Assembly (NCBI RefSeq): GCF_000143415.4
Contig: NW_003314368.1
Coordinates: forward strand, 206,792 to 270,791
DNA from: Selaginella moellendorffii
Lineage: Eukaryota > Plantae > Lycopodiophyta
DNA: 64,000 nucleotides
Direction: 5' to 3'
Below, piece after piece: positions 1-14,500 of this stretch. How positions within the stretch are numbered: position 1 is the stretch's first letter; each line of letters opens with the position of its first letter. Under the pieces are notes generated by a model. The model was not told the origin of the DNA. It saw nothing but the letters and a program-made list of their open reading frames with translations, and did not search any database. A program made the position numbers and the translations under genes.

Positions 1-1323
1 TATATGTTTTTGCTTGATTTTGTACTCCTCTTAGCAGCAGCATCAATGTCAAGGCTCTTCTTCTTCAATCTCTCCAAGTCCTTATTGATGTCATACTAGA
101 GAAGCAAAAAACTTGAAATAAGTGCTTTAGCAAGTTTAATTACCTCAAATAGAATGTGCGTGTAGATATATTGAGGGAACTTGGCAGAGTTATTGTGCTT
201 TTTGGACAGCTACTGTCATGTTCAATTGGACCTTTTCCTCATCTGTGAGCTCATTTATAATCTTGCTAACATCTACTTGAAGAATGTTTTGCATAGCCAT
301 AATCGTGTGTGGAAGAGTCATTTTAACTACAGCATCTTCATATTGCATACATAACAAAAATTATGTCAATGAAGAATTTAGAGAAGAAATGAGTATACCT
401 ATTTACTGAAATCAAAGTCGTAATGAGTGCCATATGATCTTTGTCCTAGAACTCTATCACTGCAACATCTGCCATGACATAATATCTCAAAATCTCCTCA
501 TTAGTTGGATTTAGATAGTTCAAATTTATCCATAAAACTATGTCTTGAGTTAGTGATTTCCCTCTCACATAAATAGCATCTGATTAGAAAGAACCTCCTT
601 CTATTTGGCATAAGTCTCATCCCTTAAAGTGGCTTCGAATTTCATGTCAAGCCACTGCCATATCTCATTCTAAGAAGTTCTTTTCTCATTCAAAAGTATT
701 GGACCCTTCACCACAATAAATTTAGATTCTATTTGCACAAAGCCTCATTGTTGAATGGAAAATTTGAGCTAGTCCACAATGTCCACTATAGATTACACCA
801 CTAAATTTGTGATCATGCAGCATAAAGGCACTTGAGGAGGTGGAATTTTCTTCTGAAATAAATCCAAGACAACCTCCACTTTGAACTTCAAGGGACAATT
901 GAATGAGTTTGTATCCAAAACTTCTTTTTGTGCTCATGGCTTTGCTTTCCACTTTTCCTTTCCTTTAACCCATCCTTGGGTTCCCTTGTAGTTATTCTTT
1001 TTTGTGCAACTTAACTCTTCAAAGGGTCAAAACCATCATCATCCTCTTCTTCATCTTATTATTGCTCCTCTTCCTCTTTAGACTCATCTTCAAATAATTC
1101 AAGTTTCTTTGTTTGCTCAGGATTCTTAGTTTCCTCACTTTCTTGAGGATTACTTAATGATGCTTAAGAAAGGTTCTCTCGCTTGTGCAACTCACTAAAG
1201 TCTAGAAAGAGTAAGCATAAACTTGAGAAAAAAATAAAAATAAAATAAGATCAATAATTGCAAATCAAGGTGGTTAAGTGTAAGAATCAACTCACTTACC
1301 ACCACTTGAGTGCCACCACCCAA

Positions 1324-1516
1324 GCTGCCATCGGGGGAGCCATGGCATTGCTCCCCCTCATATGGTAGCTCAGGTGGTGGCAAGTGCCACCACTTGGAGC
1401 TGCCATGGGGGGAGCCATAGCACCCTTCCCCCTCATACAGTAGCTCGGGTGGTGGCAAGTCCCACCACTTGGACTTGCCATGAGGGGAGCCATGGCATCA
1501 CTCCCTCTCATGTAGT
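1324..1516. repeat. ~75-bp tandem repeat, about 2.5 diverged copies
   Basis: Unit gctgccatcgggggagccatggcattgctccccctcatatggtagctcaggtggtggcaagtgccaccacttgga recurs with substitutions; the short ORFs here are repeat translations. Confidence 0.75.
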
Positions 1517-1788
1517 AATGTGATTTGTAGTTGATTCTTGTGGTTAGGGTTTCTTAAGGTAGGCAAGCTCGATCTGCCACGAGAGCTCGGGTGGGGCTAT
1601 GGCAGTATGGAGAGAGTGCTTCTTATTTATGTGCTTGTTACTCCTTACTATGCTCAACCCACAATTTTAATGCTGATATCAGCCCTAGATCCCCCTTAAA
1701 CCCCTAAATCAATTTTGGAGAAAATGAAATAAACTTATAGTTGTAAGAATTTACTGTTATTAATGATTTAATTTTTCTTGTAAGATGT

Positions 1789-2567
1789 TATGAGACACAA
1801 ATCAAGCCCCAAAGTAGAGTAGAACGGTGCCATATAGTAATGGTTTAAATGAAAGTCCAACAAGCATAACATCTTTGGACCAAAGGCTAGCAGGAGGACT
1901 TTAATGAAGCCAGTTTGGCCAAGAAAGGAAGGAAAGGTATACCCACTTGTTGGGTGATGATATATCCAATTAAGAGTCCAAGGCTAAAGTGAATATAGAC
2001 AAACAAGTGGGGTAGTTTGGTAAAGTGTTCAAGAATTAGCTTTAGCTCCCTTGGGAGATCAAAATGGTGAATGCTCATAATCCAAGTGTGGGTGGCATTA
2101 CTTACTTGGATACTAGCGTGGCTCATTGGAATCTTGCTCTAGCCACATGGCTAGGGCACCCAAAGGTGGAAGGTGGGGAGAATACTCACGAGGCTTATAT
2201 AGGGCCATAGTGTTTCGAAATGTTGTCTCAAAGTCCCAAACACTGGAAAGGAAGAGGAGCAATCCTCTAGTGTAGAGACCAAAGATATGGGCATATGGTG
2301 AGGAAGTCCCAGATGTTAGTGGGACATAATGGTTGGGCTTGTGAGCCTTGACCTAGTAGCAATGTTGGTGAACACTGCCGTGGATAGAAAGGGATTTGGT
2401 CGGTCCAAAAAAGGGATATTGAGGAAAGTTATTCCCCATGTTTGTAGGCATCCAAAGGATGATAAAGAGTGGATTTAGGATGATCACTCATGGATGGATA
2501 GCCCAATCTTTGAGAGACGAAATTGTGATGTAGGTGGTGTTAGATCACTGGTGGAATAAAGGTGAAT
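1789..2567 (+). repeat. Partial 5' LTR of the outer element, interrupted at 2568
   Basis: Aligns by eye with 54547-55818 but lacks the internal gagatggagtcc repeat block; ends ...aggtgaat where the TRIM begins. Confidence 0.8.
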
Positions 2568-3242
2568 TGTAGCACATGTGATCATGGGATGAGATTTAGA
2601 TATACTGTCACCGTGGATCCTTGGAACCTTGGGAGATAAATGGGGATAAAATAGCCACTAAGGGCTCTCTCATCAAGCAATTGCCCCTTTTCCAGTTGGC
2701 TTAAGGGGAGAGAGATAAGGTGCACTACAGTTGGTATCGGAGCAAATGGCACGGGTTCGATTCCCATTGATTAGTGGCTACTTAAAAGTATAATATACCC
2801 TTGAGCAAGGTATATTCCTACCCCTAAAATTTGAAATCGTACGTATTGGGCATCCATGCGTACGTCCTTCCTCTTGTGTGGAGTATCCACAGACGAAGGT
2901 ATCCACCGTGGGACTGCGGTACGGGTGGATGACTAGTTGCCTCACATGGAATAGCTGGTCTACACAATGGAAGGATTGGTAGATTGAGTGCGGAAATGGA
3001 GGTGCTGGTTCCCCTTGGCTCAGTAGGGGTTGTTGGTCAATAGTCAATGAGGACATTGACATCTCTGAAGGGGGGGTGAGTGTAGCACATGTGATCATGG
3101 GATGAGATTTAGATATACTGTCACCGTGGATCCTTGGAACCTTGGGAGATAAATGGGGATAAAATAGCCACTAAGGGCTCTCTCATCAAGCAATTGCCCC
3201 TTTTCCAGTTGGCTTAAGGGGAGAGAGATAAGGTGCACTACA
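2568..3242 (+). mobile_element. TRIM (terminal-repeat retrotransposon in miniature)
   Basis: Two identical 162-bp LTRs, TGTAG...CTACA (2568-2729, 3081-3242); PBS TGGTATCGGAGC at 2732-2743 (tRNA-iMet type); PPT gaagggggggtgag before 3081; ~350-bp non-coding interior. Confidence 0.9.
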
Positions 3243-3256
3243 GTTGGTATCGGAGC

Positions 3257-3867
3257 GGGTCCGGTACAATCCCACGAGCACCAGCTCCCCGTATCCAGCA
3301 CCTGCACGTAAAATGGTGTCAGACGGAGTCTGGCACAATTTTGGCATACCGGTGGCCTAACGCGAGAAGGAGGGTACTCCACCAACTAGAGCAGCGTGGA
3401 GCTTGGGCTTAGACCCAAGCCGGACGCAGAACAAGGAGCGACACAACCCAGCGGGAGCCAAACTAATGTCTCAGGTGGTCGGACATGCATTCCAACCACT
3501 ATCCCTACTATACATTTGGAACCCCCCACAGCCCCCCCCCCTTGAGGGACACACGCTTTGGGCTTTCACCCCAAGCCTCCCTTAGTACCAGGAGTTAGTC
3601 TCTGGGACAAGTCCGAAACTTACTAAATATGGAATGTCCTTAGATTGCGAATTTGGACATGGGATGAACACCATTGTGTTCAGGCCGATCTCTACATTCC
3701 GTAGATATGCCAAATGAGCTAATCTAGACACTTTCCATAAATAGCATTTGGGACCAAAATGAGACCAACACAAAAGGCGTGATAGCGAGGGTGTTTGGCA
3801 AACACGGTAAGCTATCATCTAGTGAATATTGAGGGACTAGTCTCAATATCACGGGGGTTCTTGATAC
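3257..3867 (-). repeat. Internal fragment of the chromovirus-A LTR
   Basis: Near-identical to part of the LTR at 10321-11237, lacking both termini; joined directly to a second TRIM PBS at 3245-3256. Confidence 0.9.
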
Positions 3868-4166
3868 GTGTCCACAGGAACCCGAGGTTCAGGGCCTTGG
3901 GCCACTGAACGAAGGAACGGTGCCAAACTCCCAAGCGTGATGCTAAGGAGTGATGGAACCGGATCACGGAGCAACTCCCGAGCATATAGCCCAAGGAGCG
4001 AAGGGACAGGGGCCCGGAGCGACTTGGAACAGTCCTAGAGCAACCAGCATCCCAATGCCAGGACCAGCACGCAAAATGGAGCCAAACGGAGTCTGGCGCT
4101 ATTTCGGCATACCGGTGGCCTAACGTGAGAATATGGGTACTCCACCAGCTAGCATGGAATGGAACT
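3868..4166 (-). repeat. LTR fragment of a sister family of chromovirus A
   Basis: Reverse complement of ~26170-26486; shares ggcataccggtggcctaacg...gggtactccacca with the family-A LTR. Confidence 0.75.
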
Positions 4167-5413
4167 TGTAGCACCTGAATTTGGAGCCGAACTCCAAGCC
4201 CGTTGCGCTACGAAACGAGGGTCCGGTACAATCCCACGAGCACCAGCTCCCCGTATCCAGCACCTGCACGCAAAATGGTGTCAGACGGAGTCTGGCACAA
4301 TTTTGGCATACCGGTGGCCTAACGCGAGAAGGAGGGTACTCCACCAACTAGAGCAGCGTGGAGCTTGGGCTTAGACCCAAGCCGGACGCAGAACAAGGAG
4401 CGACACAGCCCAGCGGGAGCCAAACTAATGTCTCAGGTGGTCGGACATGCATTCCAACCACTATCCCTACTATACATTTGGAACCCCCCACAGCCCCCCC
4501 CCCTTGAGGGACACACGCTTTGGGCTTTCACCCCAAGCCTCCCTTAGTACCAGGAGTTAGTCTCTGGGACAAGTCCGAAACTTACTAAATATGGAATGTC
4601 CTTAGATTGCGAATTTGGACATGGGATGAACACCATTGTGTTCAGGCCGATCTCTACATTCCGTAGATATGCCAAATGAGCTAATCTAGACACTTTCCAT
4701 AAATAGCATTTGGGACCAAAATGAGACCAACACAAAAGGCGTGATAGCGAGGGTGTTTGGCAAACACGGTAAGCTATCATCTAGTGAATATTGAGGGACT
4801 AGTCTCAATATCACGGGGGTTCTTGATACTAGCAAGTGCAAGCCAATGATACGAGTTTCTCAAACCAGGCCGAGTATGCTCAGCAAGAAACACATAGGGT
4901 TCCTACCTTATGTTTATCCAATTTAAGTGCACGATCATTGACTAGTTTCTCAACTAGCTCAAGTGGGAACGATAAAGGGAACCAACTGTCGCCGACAAGG
5001 AAATGACCAACGGAGTTAGCCACCCTTGCTGCTCTGAGTACCACTCAGCTTACAAAGGATTGATACATCCCTGCCCGCAGGGATATAGGGAGAAGCCCAG
5101 AGGCCCAACTGCCCCTGAGCAAGAAATCAACCCCGTCGGGAAGATTTAGACAACTATTATAAACTGGCAGATTAAGTTGTTTACACGACCACGCCCCCCT
5201 TTTTTTTTTTTTTTGAAAAGGAGTCATCGAGAGAGAGGCGGGGACTTGTGATCAGTCTATAATAGGTATCCCCATGGTTATGGATTGGACCCATGCACCG
5301 AAGTGCCGAAGTCAGCCTGCCAAAACTGACCCAAGTACAATTGATCGAGAGAAACGACACTTTGAGTGATAGAAATATTTTACTTTATTAAGTTGCAAGA
5401 TTTATTACAAAAG

Positions 5414-8400
5414 CTAGTCTTTATTACTATTCTCATACTCCGTGACAAGCTCACGAGCATGGGTAAGATTACTAAGAGGTTCCCAAGTTGATTCACAAGT
5501 CGGGTAACCTTTCCACTTAACTAAATATTCCTTGGAACGACCACCACGAGCTTTGCGGGACAAGAGAATCGCTTCGACCTCATACTCCATATCACCATCC
5601 ACAACTTCCAGAGGGGGACGAATGTCCATAGAGCGATCCGCATTAACACGATATGGTGCCAATAAACTGACATGAAACACATCATGTACATGGGACAACT
5701 CATCCGGAAGATCCAACTTATAGGATACATCACCAACTTGTGCCAACACCCGATAGGGTCCAACATATCTCGGCAAGAGCTTCCGAGACAAAGAACCCTT
5801 GATGTTCAAGTTCCGGGAAGATAGCCACACCTGATCTCCCACTAGATAGGATACATCCCGACGATGCTGATCCTTATCACGTCGATACCTATCCTGAGCT
5901 TTGCCCATCGCCTCGGTAGCTTTAGACCAACCTTGGCGTAGCTGCTCCGCATAAGTTTCCACGGCTGGGACCAACACTTCGGTCATTGGTTTCGGGACAA
6001 CGATCTGTTGAGGAACCCCACGAGCATTCCCTTGCAGCATCTCCCATGGAGAACAGCCTATAGCGCTGTGAAATGTGTTGTTATAACATATTTCTGCCGT
6101 ATCCAAATGCTCAACCCAGTCGCGTTGGTCTGCCGCGACATAGTACCGCAGATAATCCTCAACTTGAGCATTCACGCGTTCGGTCTGCCCATCAGTTTGA
6201 GGATGATAAGCCGTACTAAACTTCAACTTGGTACCAAACAACTGGAACAGGGTTCCCCAAAACTTCCCCGTAAACCTCGAATCTCTATCTGAGATCATTT
6301 CTTCAGGAAGACCACGAACCCGCACTACTTCATGGAAAAAGAGCTTTGCTGCTTGTTTCGCATTTACTGTTCCCACAGTTGGAACGAAGTGTGCAATCTT
6401 TGACAACCGATCCACAACCACCATCAAAGTATCATAACCCTTAGACTTCGGCAAGCAAGTGACGAAATCAAGTGTCACACTTTGAAATGGCCATGCCGGT
6501 GCTGGAATGCACTGCAACTTTCCAGCCTGCTTCTCAGTTCTGCGCTTACATTGCTGGCATACAGGACAGGAACGGACATAGTCCGCTACATCATCTTCCA
6601 TACCAGACCAGAAAAATCCCTTTTTCAATGAAGCCAGAGTCTTTCGCTGTCCACCATGTCCCGCTGCTGGAACATCGTGATGTTCCCGCAGAAATAACTG
6701 CTGAAGATCCTTAGAGGGAAGATACAATCTTTCTTGCTTATAGAATATAAGCCCATCCCGAACTGAGAAGTGAAGCTTCGCATTAGTGCGACTAGCAACT
6801 TTTGCTGCTTCGCTACCAGGGCTCTGCTTCAACAACCCCGCACGGCATAAGATTGCCTTCGCCAATGGATCACTTCCATACGAAGCCCGAACGTCCTTCA
6901 ACCAGTCTGAACTAATTGCCGATATTGCCCGGAACTGAGCTTGACGACTCAACGCATCCGGAACAATATTGTCTTTACCAGGTTTATATATGATTTCAAT
7001 ATCATATCTAGCAAGCTTCTCTTGCCAACGAGCCTGCTTCGGCGTAAGCTTAGGCTGCGTAGCAAAGTAGCTTAGTGTGTTACTATCTGTATAAACCTTG
7101 GTATGTCCACCCAAGTAGTGTCTCCAGTGTTCCAGGGCCGACACTATAGCAAACATCTCTTTCTCATGCGTTGGCCATCTTCGTTGGGTCTCATCCAATT
7201 TCTTGGAATAGAACGCAACGGGACAACCATGTCGCCTTAACGTAACACCAACCGCTTTGTCACAATCTTGCTGCAACACGGCACCAATAGCATAGCCAGA
7301 TGCATCACAATGCACTTCGAAGGGTTTATCAAGATCTGGGATCCTGAGAACAGGAACCGTAGTCAAGATCTCCTTCAACCGTGCAAAAGCACGCTGGCAA
7401 ACTGGTGTCCAATGAAACGGAATGCTACTCTTCGTCAACTCAGTCAACGGAAGAGCAATCCTTGCAAAATTGCGGACAAACTTACGATAGTATCCCGCCA
7501 AACCGAGAAAGGATCGAACATCTGATACAGTGGTCGGAACTTCCCAGGACTTCACTGCTTCCACCTTCTTTGGATCGACCTCAATCACGCCACCACCAAC
7601 TATATGTCCGAGAAAGTTTACGCGCAATTGTCCAAAAGCGCATTTACTTTCCTTAGCATACAGTTTGTGTTCGCGCAACTTCTGAAACACCAGCTCCAAG
7701 TGTTTCAAATGATCCTCCAACGTTTCACTAAAGACTAGAACATCGTCAATATACAGGACAACAAATGCATCCAAGTAATCTCCGAATATTCTATCCATCA
7801 TAGTGCTGAACGTTGCCGGAGCATTGCATAATCCAAATGGCATGACAAGGAACTCATAAGATCCATACCGAGTCTTAAAGGCTGTCTTCTCCACATCCTG
7901 ATTTGCCACCCGTATCTGATGATACCCGGACCGCAAATCAAGTCGCGTAAAATACTTAGCCTTTAAGAGTTGGTCAAACAAGTCATCAATGCGAGGCAAA
8001 GGATAACTGTTTTTAACCGTGATCTTGTTGAGTGCCCGATAGTCAATACACATCCTCATGGTTCCATCCTTTTTCATAACGAAGAGGACCGGCGCTCCAT
8101 AAGGTGACTTGCTTGGTCGGATATGACCTTTGTCAAGAAGCTCCATGAGTTGCTTCTTGAGTTCAGCCATCTCCTTGATGTTCAACCGATATGGAGCTTT
8201 CGTAGGTGGTTTAGAACCCGGAATAATCTCAATCCGATGATCAACCTCACGGCTAGGTGGTAGCCCTGGCGGCAAATCCTTCGGAAAGATATCCTGATTC
8301 CTCGCCAACAACTCCAATATCCTTTGTGGTACAGGATCAACCCCGTCGCCGATTCGAATTGAGTCACCCACACTCTCAGCTTCTATCACTTGAACCCAAA

Positions 8401-10330
8401 AGGTTTGACATCCCCTCTTAGTTGCTTTTTGAGCGGCCCTCGCAGTCAGGAACTTTGCATCCCAATCCTTTGAGGAACGCTTTTGCAACTGAAAGGATAC
8501 ATCAGGATGTCCTTCTGACTTCAACGTGATACGACTTTGTCCAGCACCATAAATCCCTTTTATATACTTGTTGAAGAAATCCATACCAAACACCATCTGA
8601 AAATCTGGTATCTTCAACACTACCAAGTCCACTCTTTCTTTCCACTTGGATATCTTTATTGGAACATCACTCACAAACTTTCTGGCTACTTGCCCACCTT
8701 CCGCAAACCGGAAGTGCATAGGCGACATTTGCTCAGCATTCAATCCTAACAACTTAACTAAGTCTTCGGATATCACACTGTGCGTAGCTCCCGTGTCAAT
8801 CATCACTCGGATTCGGTGTCCACGGACAAAGCCTACCAGATACATCAACGGATCAGTGTTTGCATTGACTGCAAGAAAAGCTTGAGGAAAGCAACGAAAG
8901 TTACTCACCTCCTCTTCCTCATAGTCTGCATTGACCAACTCGTCAACCCCTTCAGCTTCGCCACCACCGTCTTCTCTCATGACATTAACCCGAGACCTTG
9001 TCTTATGCTTGTTGGGACATTCCGAGGACCTATGTCCCGACTCTCCACAATGGAAGCAATGACCCACACTACCCGTTCCGCTAGGAGCAGGTTTTGTAGG
9101 TTGCTGCTGCTTGTACCCACCAGGAGGAGGAACAGAGGGCCTAGGACCAGAAGAAGCTGCTGGTGGTCTCCAACCACCACCACCTTTATTCACCGTAGCT
9201 TGTGAGCCCCCAGGGCGGTACCTACTTTCCACCCTTTGTTTCCGATCACCTTGCCTATTCCCAGAATTTTTATTCTTGTCCGAGTTACCAGCATACGATT
9301 GCTGATATTGTTCTATGAGCGAGTGACTAAAGGCAACTTGCTGTGCTGCCTCTTTACACTCCAGGTACGTCTTCGGCTTAAACTTCAAAATCTCATTTCG
9401 AGAAAGTGAACTTAAACCCTCCAGGAAATAACTCCGAGCATCTTCGTCACTCATATTTGCAATCATAATGCGCTTCTGAGCAAACGCATTAACGTAATGC
9501 ATAAGGTCCCCTCGCTGCTTTAACCGCCGCAGCTCTGCGCGAAGTCTCAGACCAAGATCATCCGGCAAGTATTCCTTACGGATACGAGACCGCATCTTGG
9601 TCCAACTTCTAGTCTGCCCTTTTTCAGCACACACCTGGCGCCACCAAGTTTTGGCATGATCGGTGAGAAAGGATTGCGCGCACGCAACTTTCGTACGATC
9701 ATCTACGTCTGCCGCTATGAAGTAGTTCTCCATATCGTAGACCCAGTCTTCCAAAACCTGATAGTCCCGCATGCCTCTGAAATTGGGTGGTTTCGGAGGC
9801 TTGAACTTTGAAACTCGTGCAACCGGGGGCGGCTGCAGAACTTCATCGTCCTCAGAACTTGAAGAGGAGTCTGGTTGCTTAGGCTTAGCTGGTTTAGCTG
9901 CCTCAGCTTCTTTCTTCCTTTTCTTGTTCTCCTTCTTCAATTTGCGAATCTCCTTTCGCAAATTCTCGATCTCGACTTCCTGAGCCGTACGCTGCAATGC
10001 CGCAGCATCTGGCTCATCCTCTTTTGACTCAGCCTCAACCTCTTCCGCAGCATCTCTAATAGGAGTTTCCTCCTCTCGATTCGCCTGTCTAGAGGTTTCA
10101 GCGTCATCAGCACGGTTCCTCTTCACCATCCTGCTAGCTGCATGCATGCCTCTATCAGTAACTGAACATGCATACAACGTTCTTACCGAATGGTGCAATC
10201 CAACTAATCCTACACAGGTCGCTTCGGATCTACTAGAAAAGTCTCTGCGTATGCAACTTGAGTCAGAAAATCCGACAAAAGTTGGATAGAAATCGCTGAG
10301 ACAATTCCTCTGATACCAAATGTAGCGCAC
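5414..10330 (-). CDS. gag-pol: Intact Gag-Pol polyprotein (Gag, CCHC knuckle, protease, RT, RNase H, integrase, chromodomain)
   Basis: [14 protein letters not shown]; IDTGA; YIDD; CDASG; HHCC and D,D35E integrase; GPY; YEVEAIL...[10 protein letters not shown]...STWEP chromodomain. The ORF start overlaps the PBS, so the true start is probably a later Met (e.g. MVKRN). Confidence 0.95.
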   Translation of the reverse strand: MRYIWYQRNCLSDFYPTFVGFSDSSCIRRDFSSRSEATCVGLVGLHHSVRTLYACSVTDRGMHAASRMVKRNRADDAETSRQANREEETPIRDAAEEVEAESKEDEPDAAALQRTAQEVEIENLRKEIRKLKKENKKRKKEAEAAKPAKPKQPDSSSSSEDDEVLQPPPVARVSKFKPPKPPNFRGMRDYQVLEDWVYDMENYFIAADVDDRTKVACAQSFLTDHAKTWWRQVCAEKGQTRSWTKMRSRIRKEYLPDDLGLRLRAELRRLKQRGDLMHYVNAFAQKRIMIANMSDEDARSYFLEGLSSLSRNEILKFKPKTYLECKEAAQQVAFSHSLIEQYQQSYAGNSDKNKNSGNRQGDRKQRVESRYRPGGSQATVNKGGGGWRPPAASSGPRPSVPPPGGYKQQQPTKPAPSGTGSVGHCFHCGESGHRSSECPNKHKTRSRVNVMREDGGGEAEGVDELVNADYEEEEVSNFRCFPQAFLAVNANTDPLMYLVGFVRGHRIRVMIDTGATHSVISEDLVKLLGLNAEQMSPMHFRFAEGGQVARKFVSDVPIKISKWKERVDLVVLKIPDFQMVFGMDFFNKYIKGIYGAGQSRITLKSEGHPDVSFQLQKRSSKDWDAKFLTARAAQKATKRGCQTFWVQVIEAESVGDSIRIGDGVDPVPQRILELLARNQDIFPKDLPPGLPPSREVDHRIEIIPGSKPPTKAPYRLNIKEMAELKKQLMELLDKGHIRPSKSPYGAPVLFVMKKDGTMRMCIDYRALNKITVKNSYPLPRIDDLFDQLLKAKYFTRLDLRSGYHQIRVANQDVEKTAFKTRYGSYEFLVMPFGLCNAPATFSTMMDRIFGDYLDAFVVLYIDDVLVFSETLEDHLKHLELVFQKLREHKLYAKESKCAFGQLRVNFLGHIVGGGVIEVDPKKVEAVKSWEVPTTVSDVRSFLGLAGYYRKFVRNFARIALPLTELTKSSIPFHWTPVCQRAFARLKEILTTVPVLRIPDLDKPFEVHCDASGYAIGAVLQQDCDKAVGVTLRRHGCPVAFYSKKLDETQRRWPTHEKEMFAIVSALEHWRHYLGGHTKVYTDSNTLSYFATQPKLTPKQARWQEKLARYDIEIIYKPGKDNIVPDALSRQAQFRAISAISSDWLKDVRASYGSDPLAKAILCRAGLLKQSPGSEAAKVASRTNAKLHFSVRDGLIFYKQERLYLPSKDLQQLFLREHHDVPAAGHGGQRKTLASLKKGFFWSGMEDDVADYVRSCPVCQQCKRRTEKQAGKLQCIPAPAWPFQSVTLDFVTCLPKSKGYDTLMVVVDRLSKIAHFVPTVGTVNAKQAAKLFFHEVVRVRGLPEEMISDRDSRFTGKFWGTLFQLFGTKLKFSTAYHPQTDGQTERVNAQVEDYLRYYVAADQRDWVEHLDTAEICYNNTFHSAIGCSPWEMLQGNARGVPQQIVVPKPMTEVLVPAVETYAEQLRQGWSKATEAMGKAQDRYRRDKDQHRRDVSYLVGDQVWLSSRNLNIKGSLSRKLLPRYVGPYRVLAQVGDVSYKLDLPDELSHVHDVFHVSLLAPYRVNADRSMDIRPPLEVVDGDMEYEVEAILLSRKARGGRSKEYLVKWKGYPTCESTWEPLSNLTHARELVTEYENSNKD

Positions 10331-11237
10331 CTGAATTTGGAGCCGAACTCCAAGCCCGTTGCGCTACGAAACGAGGGTCCGGTACAATCCCACGAGCACC
10401 AGCTCCCCGTATCCAGCACCTGCACGCAAAATGGTGTCAGACGGAGTCTGGCACAATTTTGGCATACCGGTGGCCTAACGCGAGAAGGAGGGTACTCCAC
10501 CAACTAGAGCAGCGTGGAGCTTGGGCTTAGACCCAAGCCGGACGCAGAACAAGGAGCGACACAGCCCAGCGGGAGCCAAACTAATGTCTCAGGTGGTCGG
10601 ACATGCATTCCAACCACTATCCCTACTATACATTTGGAACCCCCCACAGCCCCCCCCCCTTGAGGGACACACGCTTTGGGCTTTCACCCCAAGCCTCCCT
10701 TAGTACCAGGAGTTAGTCTCTGGGACAAGTCCGAAACTTACTAAATATGGAATGTCCTTAGATTGCGAATTTGGACATGGGATGAACACCATTGTGTTCA
10801 GGCCGATCTCTACATTCCGTAGATATGCCAAATGAGCTAATCTAGACACTTTCCATAAATAGCATTTGGGACCAAAATGAGACCAACACAAAAGGCGTGA
10901 TAGCGAGGGTGTTTGGCAAACACGGTAAGCTATCATCTAGTGAATATTGAGGGACTAGTCTCAATATCACGGGGGTTCTTGATACTAGCAAGTGCAAGCC
11001 AATGATACGAGTTTCTCAAACCAGGCCGAGTATGCTCAGCAAGAAACACATAGGGTTCCTACCTTATGTTTATCCAATTTAAGTGCACGATCATTGACCA
11101 GTTTCTCAACTAGCTCAAGTGGGAACGATAAAGGGAACCAACTGTACCGACCTTCTGCCGTCATGGCAGTAAGGAAAGAGTGTCCGTAAGGACTAGCCGA
11201 CAAGTATCTTTCGATACCCGAAGTCACATTCGCGACA
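10321..11237 (-). repeat. 917-bp LTR shared between copies 1 and 2
   Basis: tgtagcgc...cgcgaca termini; PBS at 10309-10318. Confidence 0.95.
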
Positions 11238-11550
11238 CTGCCCAACTGCCCCTGAGCAAGAAATCAACCCCGTCGGGAAGATTTAGACAACTATTATAAA
11301 CTGGCAGATTAAGTTGTTTACACGACCACGCCCCCTTTTTTTTTTTTTTTTGAAAAGGAGTCATCGAGAGAGAGGCGGGGACTTGTGATCAGTCTATAAT
11401 AGGTATCCCCATGGTTATGGATTGGACCCATGCACCGAAGTGCCGAAGTCAGCCTGCCAAAACTGACCCAAGTACAATTGATCGAGAGAAACGACACTTT
11501 GAGTGATAGAAATATTTTACTTTATTAAGTTGCAAGATTTATTACAAAAG

Positions 11551-14500
11551 CTAGTCTTTATTACTATTCTCATACTCCGTGACAAGCTCACGAGCATGGG
11601 TAAGATTACTAAGAGGTTCCCAAGTTGATTCACAAGTCGGGTAACCTTTCCACTTAACTAAATATTCCTTGGAACGACCACCACGAGCTTTGCGGGACAA
11701 GAGAATCGCTTCGACCTCATACTCCATATCACCATCCACAACTTTCGGAGGGGGACGAATGTCCATAGAGCGATCCGCATTAACACGATATGGTGCCAAT
11801 AAACTGACATGAAACACATCATGTACATGGGACAACTCATCCGGAAGATCCAACTTATAGGATACATCACCAACTTGTGCCAACACCCGATAGGGTCCAA
11901 CATATCTCGGCAAGAGCTTCCGAGACAAAGAACCCTTGATGTTCAAGTTCCGGGAAGATAGCCACACCTGATCTCCCACTAGATAGGATACATCCCGACG
12001 ATGCTGATCCTTATCACGTCGATACCTATCCTGAGCTTTGCCCATCGCCTCGGTAGCTTTAGACCAACCTTGGCGTAGCTGCTCCGCATAAGTTTCCACG
12101 GCTGGGACCAACACTTCGGTCATTGGTTTCGGGACAACGATCTGTTGAGGAACCCCACGAGCATTCCCTTGCAGCATCTCCCATGGAGAACAGCCTATAG
12201 CGCTGTGAAATGTGTTGTTATAACATATTTCTGCCGTATCCAAATGCTCAACCCAGTCGCGTTGGTCTGCCGCGACATAGTACCGCAGATAATCCTCAAC
12301 TTGAGCATTCACGCGTTCGGTCTGCCCATCAGTTTGAGGATGATAAGCCGTACTAAACTTCAACTTGGTACCAAACAACTGGAACAGGGTTCCCCAAAAC
12401 TTCCCCGTAAACCTCGAATCTCTATCTGAGATCATTTCTTCAGGAAGACCACGAACCCGCACTACTTCATGGAAAAAGAGCTTTGCTGCTTGTTTCGCAT
12501 TTACTGTTCCCACAGTTGGAACGAAGTGTGCAATCTTTGACAACCGATCCACAACCACCATCAAAGTATCATAACCCTTAGACTTCGGCAAGCAAGTGAC
12601 GAAATCAAGTGTCACACTTTGAAATGGCCATGCCGGTGCTGGAATGCACTGCAACTTTCCAGCCTGCTTCTCAGTTCTGCGCTTACATTGCTGGCATACA
12701 GGACAGGAACGGACATAGTCCGCTACATCATCTTCCATACCAGACCAGAAAAATCCCTTTTTCAATGAAGCCAGAGTCTTTCGCTGTCCACCATGTCCCG
12801 CTGCTGGAACATCGTGATGTTCCCGCAGAAATAACTGCTGAAGATCCTTAGAGGGAAGATACAATCTTTCTTGCTTATAGAATATAAGCCCATCCCGAAC
12901 TGAGAAGTGAAGCTTCGCATTAGTGCGACTAGCAACTTTTGCTGCTTCGCTACTAGGGCTCTGCTTCAACAACCCCGCACGGCATAAGATTGCCTTCGCC
13001 AATGGATCACTTCCATACGAAGCCCGAACGTCCTTCAACCAGTCTGAACTGATTGCCGATATTGCCCGGAACTGAGCTTGACGACTCAACGCATCCGGAA
13101 CAATATTGTCTTTACCAGGTTTATATATGATTTCAATATCATATCTAGCAAGCTTCTCTTGCCAACGAGCCTGCTTCGGCGTAAGCTTAGGCTGCGTAGC
13201 AAAGTAGCTTAGTGTGTTACTATCTGTATAAACCTTGGTATGTCCACCCAAGTAGTGTCTCCAGTGTTCCAGGGCCGACACTATAGCAAACATCTCTTTC
13301 TCATGCGTTGGCCATCTTCGTTGGGTCTCATCCAATTTCTTGGAATAGAACGCAACGGGACAACCATGTCGCCTTAACGTAACACCAACCGCTTTGTCAC
13401 AATCTTGCTGCAACACGGCACCAATAGCATAGCCAGATGCATCACAATGCACTTCGAAGGGTTTATCAAGATCTGGGATCCTGAGAACAGGAACCGTAGT
13501 CAAGATCTCCTTCAACCGTGCAAAAGCACGCTGGCAAACTGGTGTCCAATGAAACGGAATGCTACTCTTCGTCAACTCAGTCAACGGAAGAGCAATCCTT
13601 GCAAAATTGCGGACAAACTTACGATAGTATCCCGCCAAACCGAGAAAGGATCGAACATCTGATACAGTGGTCGGAACTTCCCAGGACTTCACTGCTTCCA
13701 CCTTCTTTGGATCGACCTCAATCACGCCACCACCAACTATATGTCCGAGAAAGTTTACGCGCAATTGTCCAAAAGCGCATTTACTTTCCTTAGCATACAG
13801 TTTGTGTTCGCGCAACTTCTGAAACACCAGCTCCAAGTGTTTCAAATGATCCTCCAACGTTTCACTAAAGACTAGAACATCGTCAATATACAGGACAACA
13901 AATGCATCCAAGTAATCTCCGAATATTCTATCCATCATAGTGCTGAACGTTGCCGGAGCATTGCATAATCCAAATGGCATGACAAGGAACTCATAAGATC
14001 CGTACCGAGTCTTAAAGGCTGTCTTCTCTACATCCTGATCTGCCACCCGTATCTGATGATACCCGGACCGCAAATCAAGTCGCGTAAAATACTTAGCCTT
14101 TAAGAGTTGGTCAAACAAGTCATCAATGCGAGGCAAAGGATAACTGTTTTTAACCGTGATCTTGTTGAGTGCCCGATAGTCAATACACATCCTCATGATT
14201 CCATCCTTTTTCATAACGAAGAGGACCGGCGCTCCATAAGGTGACTTGCTTGGTCGGATATGACCTTTGTCAAGAAGCTCCATGAGTTGCTTCTTGAGTT
14301 CAGCCATCTCCTTGATGTTCAACCGATATGGAGCTTTCGTAGGTGGTTTAGAACCCGGAATAATCTCAATCCGATGATCAACCTCACGGCTAGGTGGTAG
14401 CCCTGGCGGCAAATCCTTCGGAAAGATATCCTGATTCCTCGCCAACAACTCCAATATCCTTTGTGGTACAGGATCAACCCCGTCACCGATTCGAATTGAG

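Noticed and set aside
1-1300. Possible spliced, acidic minus-strand gene remnant
   Set aside because: Stops in all frames and no recognisable motif; cannot assign a product.
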